Positions 25,593-35,531 of a stretch of DNA of 64,000 nucleotides are shown here, piece after piece. The stretch is from an uncultured Thermus sp. (GTDB lineage Bacteria; Deinococcota; Deinococci; Deinococcales; Thermaceae), in contig CAMTVD010000022.1 of NCBI GenBank assembly GCA_947085095.1, forward strand, positions 32,001 through 96,000, written 5' to 3'. Below the pieces are notes generated by a model that did not search any database, was not told the origin of the DNA, and saw only the letters and a list, made by a program, of their open reading frames with translations. The stretch's first letter is position 1, and each line of letters opens with the position of its first letter. Made by a program: the position numbers and the translations under genes.

Positions 25593-27158
25593 ATGTGGCG
25601 GGTGCTCGTTTCCGATGACATGCGCCTGGGGGATGTGAGGTACCCCGGGGTCCTCCTGGACTACCGCCCGGGGATCGGCCGGGAAGAGCTTTTGCAGGTC
25701 ATCCCCGCCTACGATGCCCTCATCACCCGGAGCCGCACCCAGGTGGATGCGGAGCTTCTAAAGAAGGGCAGGCGCCTCAAGGTGGTGGGCCGGGGTGGGG
25801 TGGGGGTGGACAACGTGGACCTCGAGGCCGCAAGCCGCCTGGGCATCCTGGTGGTCAACGTGCCCGAGGCCAACACCCGCTCCGCCGCCGAGCTCGCCTT
25901 CGGCCTCCTCCTCTCGGCCGCCCGGGGCATCGCCCTTTCCGACCGCAAGATCCGTGCCGGGGAGTGGGACCGCAAGTTCCTGGGCGTGGAGCTCAAGGGC
26001 AAGACCCTGGGCATCGTGGGCCTGGGGCGGATCGGCGGCCAGGTGGCCCGCTTCGCCAAGGGGTTTGAGATGCGGGTCCTGGCCTACGACCCTTACATCC
26101 CCCGGACCCGGGCACAGAGCCTGGGGGTGGAGCTTCTGGAGCAGCTGGAAGACCTCCTGCGCCAGAGCCACTTCCTCAGCGTGCACACCCCCCTCACCGA
26201 GGAAACCCGGGGGATGATCGGCCGCCGGGAGCTCTACCTCCTTCCCCGGGGGGCGGTGGTGGTGAACGCCGCCCGGGGCGGGATCGTGGACGAGAGGGCC
26301 CTTCTGGAGGTCCTGGAGGAGGGCCACCTCTTCGCCGCAGGCCTGGACGTCTTCACGGTGGAGCCCCCGCCCAAGGACCACCCCCTCCTCCACCATCCCC
26401 GGGTGGTCCTCACCGCCCACCTGGGGGCCAACACCCTGGAAGCCCAGGAGCGGGTGGGGGAGGCCATCCTGGAGAGGGTGGTGCGCACCCTGGAGGGGGA
26501 CCTCTCCTACGCCCTGAACACCGGCTTTGACCCCGAGGCCCTCGAGGCCCTAAAAGGGTTTTTGCCCCTGGGGGAGGCCTTGGGCAAGCTCCTGGCCCAG
26601 ATCACCCGGGGAAGGCCCCAGGTGCTGGAGGTGGGCTTTTTGGGCCAGTACGAGAAGGACCCCGAGCCCGTGGCCAGCGCAGTGGCCAAGGGCTTCCTCT
26701 CCCGGGTCCTGGGCCAGGAGGCGGTGAACCTGGTCTCCGCCCGGCCCCTCTTGAAGGACCGGGGCATAAGGCTCATCACCCACAGGCAGGAGGAGGCGGG
26801 GGAGTACACCCGGCTTCTGGAGGTGCGCCTCACCACCGACCAGGAGACCCGCCGGGCCCGGGGGGTGGTCATCGGGAGCAAGCCCCGGTTGGTGGGCATT
26901 GACGACTACGCTCTGGAGGTGGTGCCCGAGGGGTACATGCTGGTCTGCGTCAACTACGACCGCCCGGGGGTGGTGGGCCAGGTGGGGACCCTTCTGGGCG
27001 AGGCCGGGGTCAACATCGCCGGGATGCAGCTGGGGCGGGACGTGCCCGGGGGGCGGGCCCTTTTCGTCCTCACCGTGGACCAGAAGCCCAGCCCCGAGGT
27101 GGTGGAGGCCCTAAGGGCCCTCCCCGTCTTGGAGCGGGTGGACCTGGCCGAGCTTTAG
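25593..27158 (+). CDS. serA: D-3-phosphoglycerate dehydrogenase
   Basis: GVGVDNVD, GLGRIG, NAARGG, HLGANT; C-terminal ACT domain DRPGVVG. Confidence 0.95.
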   Translation: MWRVLVSDDMRLGDVRYPGVLLDYRPGIGREELLQVIPAYDALITRSRTQVDAELLKKGRRLKVVGRGGVGVDNVDLEAASRLGILVVNVPEANTRSAAELAFGLLLSAARGIALSDRKIRAGEWDRKFLGVELKGKTLGIVGLGRIGGQVARFAKGFEMRVLAYDPYIPRTRAQSLGVELLEQLEDLLRQSHFLSVHTPLTEETRGMIGRRELYLLPRGAVVVNAARGGIVDERALLEVLEEGHLFAAGLDVFTVEPPPKDHPLLHHPRVVLTAHLGANTLEAQERVGEAILERVVRTLEGDLSYALNTGFDPEALEALKGFLPLGEALGKLLAQITRGRPQVLEVGFLGQYEKDPEPVASAVAKGFLSRVLGQEAVNLVSARPLLKDRGIRLITHRQEEAGEYTRLLEVRLTTDQETRRARGVVIGSKPRLVGIDDYALEVVPEGYMLVCVNYDRPGVVGQVGTLLGEAGVNIAGMQLGRDVPGGRALFVLTVDQKPSPEVVEALRALPVLERVDLAEL

Positions 27159-27182
27159 GGGGAGGCCGGCCTCCCCCTTTTT
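27158..27182 (+). terminator. Intrinsic terminator of serA
   Basis: GGGGGAGGCCGGCCTCCCCC palindrome followed by TTTTT. Confidence 0.8.
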
Positions 27183-27191
27183 GGTCCAAAA

Positions 27192-27227
27192 GTTCAGACT
27201 TGACAGAACAAATGGAACACTTAAAAT
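27192..27227 (+). promoter_or_regulatory. Strong sigma-A promoter with putative operator over the -35
   Basis: TTGACA (27200)-16nt-TAAAAT (27222), GTG 6 nt later; GTTC-N10-GAAC dyad spans the -35. Confidence 0.7.
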
Positions 27228-27233
27228 GAGGAC

Positions 27234-27677
27234 GTGGGCTCTCCCTTGAAGGCCTGGGTAGAGGAGACCGCCCTCCTCTTTGAGGGGGTGGGCCTTCCCC
27301 GGATGGCGGGCCGGGTGCTGGCCTGGCTCCTGGTGGCCGACCCGCCGGAGCAGACCCTTCGGGAGATGGGGGAGGCGCTGGGGGTCAGCAAGGGCGCTCT
27401 GAGCCCGGCCCTGCACCTCCTCCTCCGCCTGGGCCTGGTGGAACGGGTCCGCAGGTCCGGGGAGCGCTCCGACCGGTATTTGGTGCGGCCCGGGGCTTGG
27501 AAAAGGCTCCTCATGGAGAAGGCCAGGGCCATGGGCCTCTACCGGGAGGCGGCGGAAAAGGGGCTCGCCCTTCTCCCTCCGGAAAAGGGGGAGCGGCTAA
27601 GGGAGATGCACCGCCTCTACGCCTTTTTTGAGAAGGCCCTTCCCGAGCTTTTGCGGCGCTACGAGGAGGAAGTATGA
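27234..27677 (+). CDS. GbsR/MarR-family transcriptional regulator
   Basis: GLPRMAGRVLAWLLVADPPEQT..LGVSKGALS..GLVER. Confidence 0.88.
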   Translation: MGSPLKAWVEETALLFEGVGLPRMAGRVLAWLLVADPPEQTLREMGEALGVSKGALSPALHLLLRLGLVERVRRSGERSDRYLVRPGAWKRLLMEKARAMGLYREAAEKGLALLPPEKGERLREMHRLYAFFEKALPELLRRYEEEV

Positions 27678-28858
27678 CCCTCTTGCGTCTCGCTTGGCGG
27701 AACGTGCTGCGCCAGAGACGGCGCACCGCCTTGCTCTCCTTGGTGGTGATTTACGTCACTGTGGCTATCCTCTTCATGCTGGGTTTTCTGGACGGCTACG
27801 GGGAGAGCCTGGTGGAAAGCTACGCCGAGTACGTGGAAGCCCCGGTGGTGGTGGCTCCTCTGGCCTGGTGGGAGGACCCTGATCCAGAAAACGGCTTTAG
27901 CGCCCTTCCCCAGGTGGACCACCCCAGGGTTCTGGCCAGGACCCCCAGGCTTTCCCTCTACGCCCTCCTCCGCTCCCCCTATAGGGCCCAGGGGGGTGTG
28001 GTCTTGGGCGTGGACCCGGAAGGCGAAAAGGCTCTCTCCCGGGTACCTTTCAAGGTGGCGGAGGGGCGCTGGCTAGCGGCTCCTGGGGAGGTGGTCTTGG
28101 GCTACCGCCTGGCCCAGCGCCTGGACCTGAAGGTGGGGGAGAGGCTGGTGGTGGAAACGGGGAAGGGGGCCTTGGGCCTCACCGTGGTGGGCCTCGTGAA
28201 GGCAGGGGTTTCCAACGTGGACTTCGCTGGCGTCTACCTCCACCTCCAGGATGCCCAGGCCCTCACCGGGGTTTTGGCCACCCACCTGGCCTTGAAGGTG
28301 CAAAGGGGCCAGGAGGAGGCGGTGGCCCGGGAGCTGAACAAGACGCTTCGCCAGGGGCTAGAGGCCCGGGGGGTCTGGAGCCTTATGGGCCCCATCCGGG
28401 CGGACTACGAGGGAAGCCGCCTCTTCCTGCTGCCCCTCCTGGCCCTCTTCCTCCTTTTAGCGGCCTTGGCCGTGGTGAGCACCGCCTACGTGAGCGTGCG
28501 GGAGAGGCTCAAGGAGTTCGCCGTGGCCGAGAGCCTGGGCCTCACCCCGGGAAAGCTTGCGCTCCAGGTGGCCCTCGAGGCCGCCATAGCCAGCGGCCTC
28601 GGTTTCCTCCTGGGCCTCCTCTTGGGCTACGCCCTCCTCCTGTACACCGCCACTCACGACGTCTTCGGTCCCCTCATGCGCCTTTCCGTGGAGCTCCTCC
28701 CCGAGGCGGGCCTGGCCGAGCACCTGTACACCTCGGTGCGGCCAAGTTACGCCTTCTTCGCCGCCTTGGTGGTGCTCCTCTCTGCCCTCCTGGCCTTCCT
28801 TTTCCCCGGGCGGCTCCTGCTCAGGTTGGAGGTTTCCCGCTACCTAAAGGAGGCTTGA
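27674..28858 (+). CDS. FtsX/LolE-like ABC permease
   Basis: LAWRNVLRQRRRT, large periplasmic loop, ERLKEF, three C-terminal TMs. Confidence 0.88.
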   Translation: MTLLRLAWRNVLRQRRRTALLSLVVIYVTVAILFMLGFLDGYGESLVESYAEYVEAPVVVAPLAWWEDPDPENGFSALPQVDHPRVLARTPRLSLYALLRSPYRAQGGVVLGVDPEGEKALSRVPFKVAEGRWLAAPGEVVLGYRLAQRLDLKVGERLVVETGKGALGLTVVGLVKAGVSNVDFAGVYLHLQDAQALTGVLATHLALKVQRGQEEAVARELNKTLRQGLEARGVWSLMGPIRADYEGSRLFLLPLLALFLLLAALAVVSTAYVSVRERLKEFAVAESLGLTPGKLALQVALEAAIASGLGFLLGLLLGYALLLYTATHDVFGPLMRLSVELLPEAGLAEHLYTSVRPSYAFFAALVVLLSALLAFLFPGRLLLRLEVSRYLKEA

Positions 28859-28859
28859 G

Positions 28860-29555
28860 ATGCCGAGAACCCTCTCCCTGGTCCTTTTCCTCCTAGCCCT
28901 GGCCCTGGCCCAGACCCCTTTGGATAAGCTAAAGGCCGCCCTGGACCGCCTGCGGGGCCCGGCCCACCAGGCGGTGTACCTTATCCGGGTGGAGCGGCCA
29001 GGCTCGGAGAAGGTTTACCGCCTCAAGGTCTACGCTGATGGGGAGCGGGCCCACCTCCGGGTGCTGGAGCCTAAGGCGGAGGTCGGGCAGGCCTACCTTT
29101 CCTTGGGGCAGGACCTCTACCTCTACGACCCCCGCCTGGGCCGCACCCTGCGCCTACCCCCCTCGGGGCGGGGCGAGCGCTTTCTGGGTTCGGACCTCAC
29201 GTACCAGGACCTGATGGGCCGGGACCTGGAGGAGCAGTTCCAGGTGGTGGAGGAGAAGGGGGTCCTCCTCCTCACCCCAAAGCCTGGGGCCCCCACCCCC
29301 TATGGGAGGGTGGAGGTCCACCTGAGGGAGGGGCTCGTGGAGCGGGTGGTCTACTACGACCAAAGGGGCCAGGCGGTGCGGGAGCTTCTCCTCAAGGGGT
29401 ACCAGCGCCTGGAGGGGGTCTACCTGCCCCGGGCCATGGAGCTACGGGACCTCCTCCGGACGGGGTATCGGACCCTGGTGGAGGTCCTCGAGGTCCGGGT
29501 GGGCCCCGTGCCTGAGCGCTGCTTCAACCCCCTGTACCTGGAAAGGGGGTGTTAG
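28860..29555 (+). CDS. LolA-like outer-membrane lipoprotein-sorting family protein
   Basis: Signal peptide; LYLYDP, FLGSDLTYQDL, YYDQRG. Confidence 0.8.
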   Translation: MPRTLSLVLFLLALALAQTPLDKLKAALDRLRGPAHQAVYLIRVERPGSEKVYRLKVYADGERAHLRVLEPKAEVGQAYLSLGQDLYLYDPRLGRTLRLPPSGRGERFLGSDLTYQDLMGRDLEEQFQVVEEKGVLLLTPKPGAPTPYGRVEVHLREGLVERVVYYDQRGQAVRELLLKGYQRLEGVYLPRAMELRDLLRTGYRTLVEVLEVRVGPVPERCFNPLYLERGC

Positions 29556-29556
29556 G

Positions 29557-30753
29557 TTGCTCAGGATGGCCTGGCGGAACCTCTTCCGCGCCCCCGGGCG
29601 GAACCTGACCACGGGGGGCGTGGTGGCCCTGGTGGTCTTCCTCTCCTTGGTTTTCCTCTCCCTCTATGGAGGGGCCATGGACGCCTTTTTCCGGCTCCTC
29701 CTGGAGCGCACGGGCCAGCTGGTGGTGCGGGTGGAGGGGTACGGGGAAAAGGAGGACCTGGAGAGCCTGGCCTTCCTTCCCCCGGCCCTGGAGCTTCCTC
29801 CTGGGGCCTGGGCGGAGGGGGTTTTGGAGGGGGCGGCCCTCCTCATCGCCGGGGAGCGGAGCCGCCCGGTCCTCCTCACGGGCCTGGAGGCCCAGGGCTT
29901 CGCCCGACACCAGAGGTTCTTGGCGGCCGGGAGGCTTCCCGCAGCCGCTGGAGAGGCCCTTCTCGGGGAGGCCCTGGCCCGGGCCCTCCAGGTGGGCCTT
30001 GGGGAGGAGGTGGTGGCCTACGCCCCGGGGGGGATGGGTCTCGGGGTGTACGCCTTCCGGGTGGTGGGGCTTTTGGACCTACCGGAGACCCTTTTGGAGG
30101 CCCGCACCCTCCTGGTGCCCCTGGAGGATGCCCAGGCCCTCCTCTTCCCCGGGCGGGTGACCCGGCTGGAGGTGCGGCTTTCCGGGGTGGGGCTTTACGA
30201 GACCGCACCCTTGGAAGCCCTGAAGGAGGAGCTCGCCTCCCGCCTCCCCGGCCTGGCGGTGGAAACCTGGCTGGAGGCCAACCCCGCCTACGCCGCCGTC
30301 CTCCCCCTTTACGACCTGGTGATGGCGGTCTACGTGGGCTTCTTCTTCCTCCTCGGGGGCCTGATCCTGCTCAACGCCCTCTACCTCTCGCTGGTGGAGC
30401 GGGTGCGGGAGTTTGGCCTCCTCCACGCCCTGGGCCTCACCGGGGGGCGGGTGGTGGGCCTGGTGCTCTGGGAGAGCCTCTTCCTGGTGGGGGCGGCGAC
30501 CCTGGTGGGTCTGGGCTTGGGCCTTCTCGTCCACCTGGAGATGGCGGACGGCTTCCGCCTGCCCTTGCCGGACTGGGTTTTGGAGCAGTATCGGGAGTTT
30601 GGCCTTCCGGAGGTCCTCTATGGGCGGCTTGGGGCGAAGGAGGTCCTCCTCACCCTGGGCTACGCCTTCGGGGTAGCCCTCTTGGCGGCTCTCTGGCCCG
30701 CCTGGGTGGCCTCGAGGCTGGAGGCGGTGGAGGCCATGCGCTACGTGCCCTGA
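29557..30753 (+). CDS. FtsX/LolC-like ABC permease
   Basis: MAWRNLFR, ERVREFGLLHALG, PAWVASRLEAVEAMR. Confidence 0.88.
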   Translation: MLRMAWRNLFRAPGRNLTTGGVVALVVFLSLVFLSLYGGAMDAFFRLLLERTGQLVVRVEGYGEKEDLESLAFLPPALELPPGAWAEGVLEGAALLIAGERSRPVLLTGLEAQGFARHQRFLAAGRLPAAAGEALLGEALARALQVGLGEEVVAYAPGGMGLGVYAFRVVGLLDLPETLLEARTLLVPLEDAQALLFPGRVTRLEVRLSGVGLYETAPLEALKEELASRLPGLAVETWLEANPAYAAVLPLYDLVMAVYVGFFFLLGGLILLNALYLSLVERVREFGLLHALGLTGGRVVGLVLWESLFLVGAATLVGLGLGLLVHLEMADGFRLPLPDWVLEQYREFGLPEVLYGRLGAKEVLLTLGYAFGVALLAALWPAWVASRLEAVEAMRYVP

Positions 30754-30763
30754 AGGAGGGGGT

Positions 30764-31447
30764 ATGCCTATTCTGGAAGCCAAAGGCGTGCGCAAGGTGT
30801 ACCGGGGGGATGGCGTGGAAACCGAGGCCCTCCGGGGGGTGGACCTGAAGGTGGAGGCGGGGGAGTTCGCTGCCCTGGTGGGGCCTTCGGGGAGCGGCAA
30901 GAGCACCCTCTTGCACCTCCTGGCGGGGCTGGACCTGCCCACGGAGGGGGAGGTCTGGGTGGGCGGGGTGGCCATCTCCCGGCTTTCCCGGGCTCAAAGG
31001 GCCCGCTTCCGGCTGGAGAGGATGGGCCTGGTCTTCCAGGCCTATAACCTCTTTCCCGTCCTCACCGCCCTGGAGAACGCCGCCTTCGTCCTGGAGGCCC
31101 GGGGGGTGCCCAAGGCGGAGCGGGAGCGGCGGGCGCTTGAATTCTTGGAGGTCTTGGGCCTCAAGGAAAAGGCCCACCGCTACCCCCGGCAGCTTTCCGG
31201 AGGGGAGCAGCAGCGGGTGGCCGTGGCCCGGGCCCTGGCGGCGGAGCCCCTCATCGTCCTGGCGGACGAGCCCACCGCCAACCTGGACTCCAAGACCGGC
31301 TTGGCCCTGATTGAACGCATGAAGGCCCTAAACCGGGAGCGGGGGGTCACCTTCCTCTTCTCCACCCACGACCCCCGCCTCCTGGAGCACGTGGGCCGGG
31401 TGGTGCGCCTGGAGGATGGGCGCATCGTGGGGGAGGAGTGGCGCTGA
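30764..31447 (+). CDS. LolD/MacB-type ABC ATPase
   Basis: [31 protein letters not shown]. Confidence 0.93.
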   Translation: MPILEAKGVRKVYRGDGVETEALRGVDLKVEAGEFAALVGPSGSGKSTLLHLLAGLDLPTEGEVWVGGVAISRLSRAQRARFRLERMGLVFQAYNLFPVLTALENAAFVLEARGVPKAERERRALEFLEVLGLKEKAHRYPRQLSGGEQQRVAVARALAAEPLIVLADEPTANLDSKTGLALIERMKALNRERGVTFLFSTHDPRLLEHVGRVVRLEDGRIVGEEWR

Positions 31448-32214
31448 GGGCCTGGGCCTTGGCGGCCCTCCTCTCCCTGGCGGCGGCCCAGGGGTACCAG
31501 GTGGGGGGTTACGGCCTCGGGGGGACGGCCACCCTCTACCTGGGGCTTTATGGGGTCTGGCCCTGGGAAGGGGGGCGTCTCACCTTGAGCCTGGCCCCCT
31601 ACCTGAGGCTTCCCGGGGGCGAGGCGGGCCTGAGCGTGGAACGCCTTTTCCTCTCCCTCTTTGAGGGGCCATGGGGCCTCGAGGTGGGCCGCTTCCCCCT
31701 GAGCCTCGGGGTGGGGCGGCTTTTTCCCTTCGCCCTAGGTGAGCCTTCCCCCGGCCTGGGGGAGGTGGGGGTGGTGGGGGGAAGCCTCACCTGGTACGGG
31801 GAGAGGGGGGCGGTGCGGGCGGGCCTCGCCTGGAAGGAGGGCGGGTTCTTGGAGGTCCGCCTGCCTCCCTTCCGGGCCTACGCCTACTCCCGGGGCCTCG
31901 GGCTTGTGGCTGAGGCCCTCTGGGAAGGGGTGGTCCTCTACGGGGAAGGGCGGCTGGCCTCCCTTCAGGCGCAGGGCCTCCTGGGGGCTGCCTGGCGCTG
32001 GGAGGAAGCCCTCTTCACCCTGGAGGCCCGTTATCCCTTTGCCCTAGGGCTCGGGGTGGAGGCAGGTCTGGAGGGGTTAGGGGTGGCGGTGCAGGCCCTT
32101 TACCAAGGGGGCTTGCGCGTAGGCCTGGGCCTTTTGGGGGAAGGGTGGCGGGGTTGGGTGGGCTCTGGGCCGGGGGGGCTGTCCTGGGGGTTTGCGGTTA
32201 GCGGAGACCGCTAG
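31438..32214 (+). CDS. Hypothetical exported protein, probable outer-membrane beta-barrel
   Basis: Signal peptide ending AAAQ; Gly/aromatic-rich alternating beta strands. Confidence 0.6.
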   Translation: MALRAWALAALLSLAAAQGYQVGGYGLGGTATLYLGLYGVWPWEGGRLTLSLAPYLRLPGGEAGLSVERLFLSLFEGPWGLEVGRFPLSLGVGRLFPFALGEPSPGLGEVGVVGGSLTWYGERGAVRAGLAWKEGGFLEVRLPPFRAYAYSRGLGLVAEALWEGVVLYGEGRLASLQAQGLLGAAWRWEEALFTLEARYPFALGLGVEAGLEGLGVAVQALYQGGLRVGLGLLGEGWRGWVGSGPGGLSWGFAVSGDR

Positions 32215-32241
32215 CACAAGCGGGTGATATCGTGATATCAA

Positions 32242-32670
32242 TCACTTACGTTTCCCGAAGGCGTAGACCAGCTCATCCCCCTTCCGAACCACCAGAAGCA
32301 AGGCGGGCCGACCCAGGCCGTCCTTGAGCACGTACTTGGTGCGGACCTCCCCATCCACCACCTTCTCCTCCTGGCTTTCCAAAAAGTACCCCGCCGCGGC
32401 GAAGGCGGTGAGGACCTGCTGGACGAAGGCGGCGTGGAGGCGGCTCGCCAGGCCCCTGGCGGCGTAGGCCTCGAGGGCGTACCCCCGGGCCTCGGGAAAG
32501 CGGGCCAGGATGGGTTCCGGGCTCCTGGCCTTGTAGCTCCCCGCGGGCAGGCGCACCGCTGGGTCCAGGCTCGAGGCCACCGCCACCACCGTGGTCACCT
32601 CCACCAGGGTCTGGGCTAGGCCTCCCCCGAGGAGGGCCAGGAAGAGGAGAACAGCCCTGAGTTGGGTCAT
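32242..32670 (-). CDS. Hypothetical exported protein
   Basis: Signal peptide ending GLAQ; TAAGAT -10 six nt before ATG. Confidence 0.75.
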   Translation of the reverse strand: MTQLRAVLLFLALLGGGLAQTLVEVTTVVAVASSLDPAVRLPAGSYKARSPEPILARFPEARGYALEAYAARGLASRLHAAFVQQVLTAFAAAGYFLESQEEKVVDGEVRTKYVLKDGLGRPALLLVVRKGDELVYAFGKRK

Positions 32671-32725
32671 GCCTTCATCTTACGTGGGCGGGCCTGGCGA
32701 AAACATGGGTTAGCATGGGAGGGGT

Positions 32726-34063
32726 ATGTACATCGTCATCGCCGGGGGCGGGGAGGTGGGGGGGGAGCTGGCCCGTACCCTGGAGAAGGCCCACGAGGTC
32801 GTGGTCATAGACCGCAACCCCCAGGCCCGGGAGCGCTTCGCTTCCTTGGATGTGAAGGTGGTGGTGGGCGGGGCCACGGACCCCGACACCCTGCGGGAGG
32901 CGGGGGTGGACCAGGCGGACCTCTTCATCGCCAGCACCGACTCCGACGAGGTCAACCTCCTGGCCTCCCTTCTCGCCAAGGGCCTGGGGGCCAGGCAGGT
33001 CCTTTGCTTCGTGGGCAAGGGGGGGTACGTGGACGTCCTGGCCGACCCCAGGACGGCGGAGATCCTGGGCACCCGCATAGACAAGGTCCTCTGGCCCCAG
33101 CGGGCCATGGCCCGGGAGATCGTGGAGGTCATCCTGGTGCCGGAGGCGGTGGACGTGGAGTTTTTGGCCGAAGGGCGGCTCCGCTTCGTGGAGTACCGGG
33201 TGAAGGAGAGGGGGGATTACGCCCACCGCCTCCTCGCCGAGCTGGCCTGGCCTGAAGGGATTTTGGTGGTGGGGGCGGTGCGGGATGGGAACTTTTTGAG
33301 CTTTGCCCACCCGGGGTTTCCTGAGCTCGTCCTGGAACCTGGGGATAAGCTCCTCTTCCTCACCACTGCCCGGGCCTTTCCTGAGCTGGAGGCCCACTTC
33401 GCCGTGGGGCGGGGGGTGCGCCGGGTCATGATCCTGGGCGGGGGGAATGTGGGCTTCATGGTGGCCCAGGAGCTTATTCGGCGTCGGGTGGAGGTGGTGG
33501 TCATTGAGGCCAGCCGCGCCCGGTGCGAGTGGCTCTCCCAGGAGCTCCCCGAGGCCTTGGTGATCCACGGGGACGGGACAGACATTGAGCTTCTGGAGGC
33601 CGAGGGCATTACGGAAGCGGACGCGGTAGTGGCCGTGACCGACAACGAAGAGAAGAACCTCCTGGCTTCCCTTCTGGCCAAGCAGCTGGGGGTGAGCAAG
33701 GTCATCACCCGGGTTTCCCGCTCGGAGACCCGCAGGCTCTTTGAGCAGGTGGGGATTGACCTGGCCCTGGCTCCCCGGCAGGCGGCGGTGCGCTCGGTCT
33801 TGGACTTCCTGGGGCCGGAGAACGTGGAGCACGTTTCTACTATGGACGAGAACATTGAGCTTCTGGAAGTGGAGCTATCAGAGAGCTTCCGGCCAAGGCC
33901 CCTGAAGGCGCTGGCCTTTCCCGAGATGGTCCCCGTGGCCCTGGAACGGGACCACCGGGTGATGCTCTACCGGGAGGGCCTCGAGGCCCTCCCAGGGGAC
34001 CGGCTCTTCCTGGTGGCGGCCCGGGAGGTGGCGGATGAGGCCCTGGCCAAGATCCTCCGCTAG
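32726..34063 (+). CDS. trkA: Trk potassium uptake NAD-binding subunit
   Basis: Two RCK-N domains (IAGGGEVG; ILGGGNVG), GDGTD. Confidence 0.93.
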   Translation: MYIVIAGGGEVGGELARTLEKAHEVVVIDRNPQARERFASLDVKVVVGGATDPDTLREAGVDQADLFIASTDSDEVNLLASLLAKGLGARQVLCFVGKGGYVDVLADPRTAEILGTRIDKVLWPQRAMAREIVEVILVPEAVDVEFLAEGRLRFVEYRVKERGDYAHRLLAELAWPEGILVVGAVRDGNFLSFAHPGFPELVLEPGDKLLFLTTARAFPELEAHFAVGRGVRRVMILGGGNVGFMVAQELIRRRVEVVVIEASRARCEWLSQELPEALVIHGDGTDIELLEAEGITEADAVVAVTDNEEKNLLASLLAKQLGVSKVITRVSRSETRRLFEQVGIDLALAPRQAAVRSVLDFLGPENVEHVSTMDENIELLEVELSESFRPRPLKALAFPEMVPVALERDHRVMLYREGLEALPGDRLFLVAAREVADEALAKILR

Positions 34064-35507
34064 GCGGGGTCTGGGGGCCAGTCTCTACCTCTTGGGCCTC
34101 ACCTACCAGGGGATGGGCCTCCTTCTGGCCCTCTTCGCCCTGGGGGCTTTCCTTTGGGACGAGGACCCCCGGGGCTTCGCCCTGGCGGCCCTTTTAGGGG
34201 TGGGCTTAGGCCGGCTCCTCCAAGGCCTGGGACACCCCCAGGCCCAGCCCAGAAGGGCCGAGGTCTTCGCCAGCGTGGCCCTTTTGTGGTTTTCCGTGCC
34301 CGCCCTGGGAGCTGTGCCCTACTGGATCTCTGGCGGGCTTAGCTACCTGGACGCCCTCTTTGAGGCCATGTCTGGCTTCACTACCACGGGGGCCACGGTC
34401 CTGGCGGACTTTGGCCAGTTCAGCCAAAGCCTCTTCCTCTGGCGAAGCCTCACCCAGTGGATGGGGGGCATCGGCATCGTGGTGCTCTTTTTGGTGGTCT
34501 TCCCCCAGCTTCGGGTGGCGGGCCGCCAGGCCTTCTTCGCCGAAACCACCGGAGTGGAGAAGGAAAAGCTCACTCCCAGGCTGCGGGAGACGGCCCAGGC
34601 GGTGCTGAGGGTCTACGCCCTCCTCACCCTTCTGGCCTTTTCCGCCTACGTGGCGGCGGGTATGCCCCTGTTTGAGGCCCTGGCCAACGCCCTTACCACC
34701 ACGCCCGCTGGGGGGTTCAGCCCCAACCCCCAGAGCTTCGCCGCCTATGGGCCGCTGGTCCAGTGGGCGGCCGTTTTCTTCATGTTTTGGGCTGGGGTAA
34801 ACCTTCTCCTCCAGTACCGCCTTTTGTTCCGCCGCGAGGCCAGGCCTCTTTTCCGGGATGCGGAGTTCCGGGCCTATCTGGGGATCGTGCTTTTGGCGGC
34901 GTCGGGGCTGGCCTTCTTTCTTTACACCCATCACGGGTACGAGCTTGAGGAAAGCCTCCGCCACGCTTTTTTCCAGACCCTGTCCCTTCTCACCGGCACC
35001 GGCTATGCCAGCGCCGACTTTGCCGCTTGGACTATTCCAGCCCAGGCCATACTAGTGGCCCTGATGTTTATTGGGGGTAGCGCGGGGTCTGCCGCTGGGA
35101 GCATCAAGATGGTGCGCTGGCTTCTCCTCTTTGGCTTCCTGCGCCGGGAGATCACCCGCACCCTCCACCCCCAGGCGGTCCTGCCCCTGCGGCTTGGCGG
35201 GCGGGTGGTGGGGGAGGAGGCCCTGAGGCAGGTTTCCGTTTTCGTCTTCCTTTACACCCTCTTGTTCGGCGTGGGAGCAGTGATCATCGCCCTGCTGGAA
35301 AAGGACTTCGTGGTGGCCTTCACCGCCAGTGCCCAGGCCATCGGCAACATCGGTCCTGGGCTTGGCGAGGTGGGGCCCTTTGGTTCCTACGCTGGGCTTC
35401 ATCCCCTTTCCAAGGTGGTCCTCATCTTCCAGATGTGGGCGGGCCGGATAGAGATCCTCCCCGTGGTCCTCCTCTTCAGCCCCGAGCTTTGGCGTAGGCT
35501 CAGGTGA
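34035..35507 (+). CDS. trkH: Trk potassium uptake membrane subunit
   Basis: FEAMSGFTTTGAT, QWMGGIG, GNIGPG, GRIEI. Confidence 0.93.
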   Translation: MRPWPRSSARRGLGASLYLLGLTYQGMGLLLALFALGAFLWDEDPRGFALAALLGVGLGRLLQGLGHPQAQPRRAEVFASVALLWFSVPALGAVPYWISGGLSYLDALFEAMSGFTTTGATVLADFGQFSQSLFLWRSLTQWMGGIGIVVLFLVVFPQLRVAGRQAFFAETTGVEKEKLTPRLRETAQAVLRVYALLTLLAFSAYVAAGMPLFEALANALTTTPAGGFSPNPQSFAAYGPLVQWAAVFFMFWAGVNLLLQYRLLFRREARPLFRDAEFRAYLGIVLLAASGLAFFLYTHHGYELEESLRHAFFQTLSLLTGTGYASADFAAWTIPAQAILVALMFIGGSAGSAAGSIKMVRWLLLFGFLRREITRTLHPQAVLPLRLGGRVVGEEALRQVSVFVFLYTLLFGVGAVIIALLEKDFVVAFTASAQAIGNIGPGLGEVGPFGSYAGLHPLSKVVLIFQMWAGRIEILPVVLLFSPELWRRLR

Positions 35508-35531
35508 GGGGCAGGCGTATAATCCTTTCTT

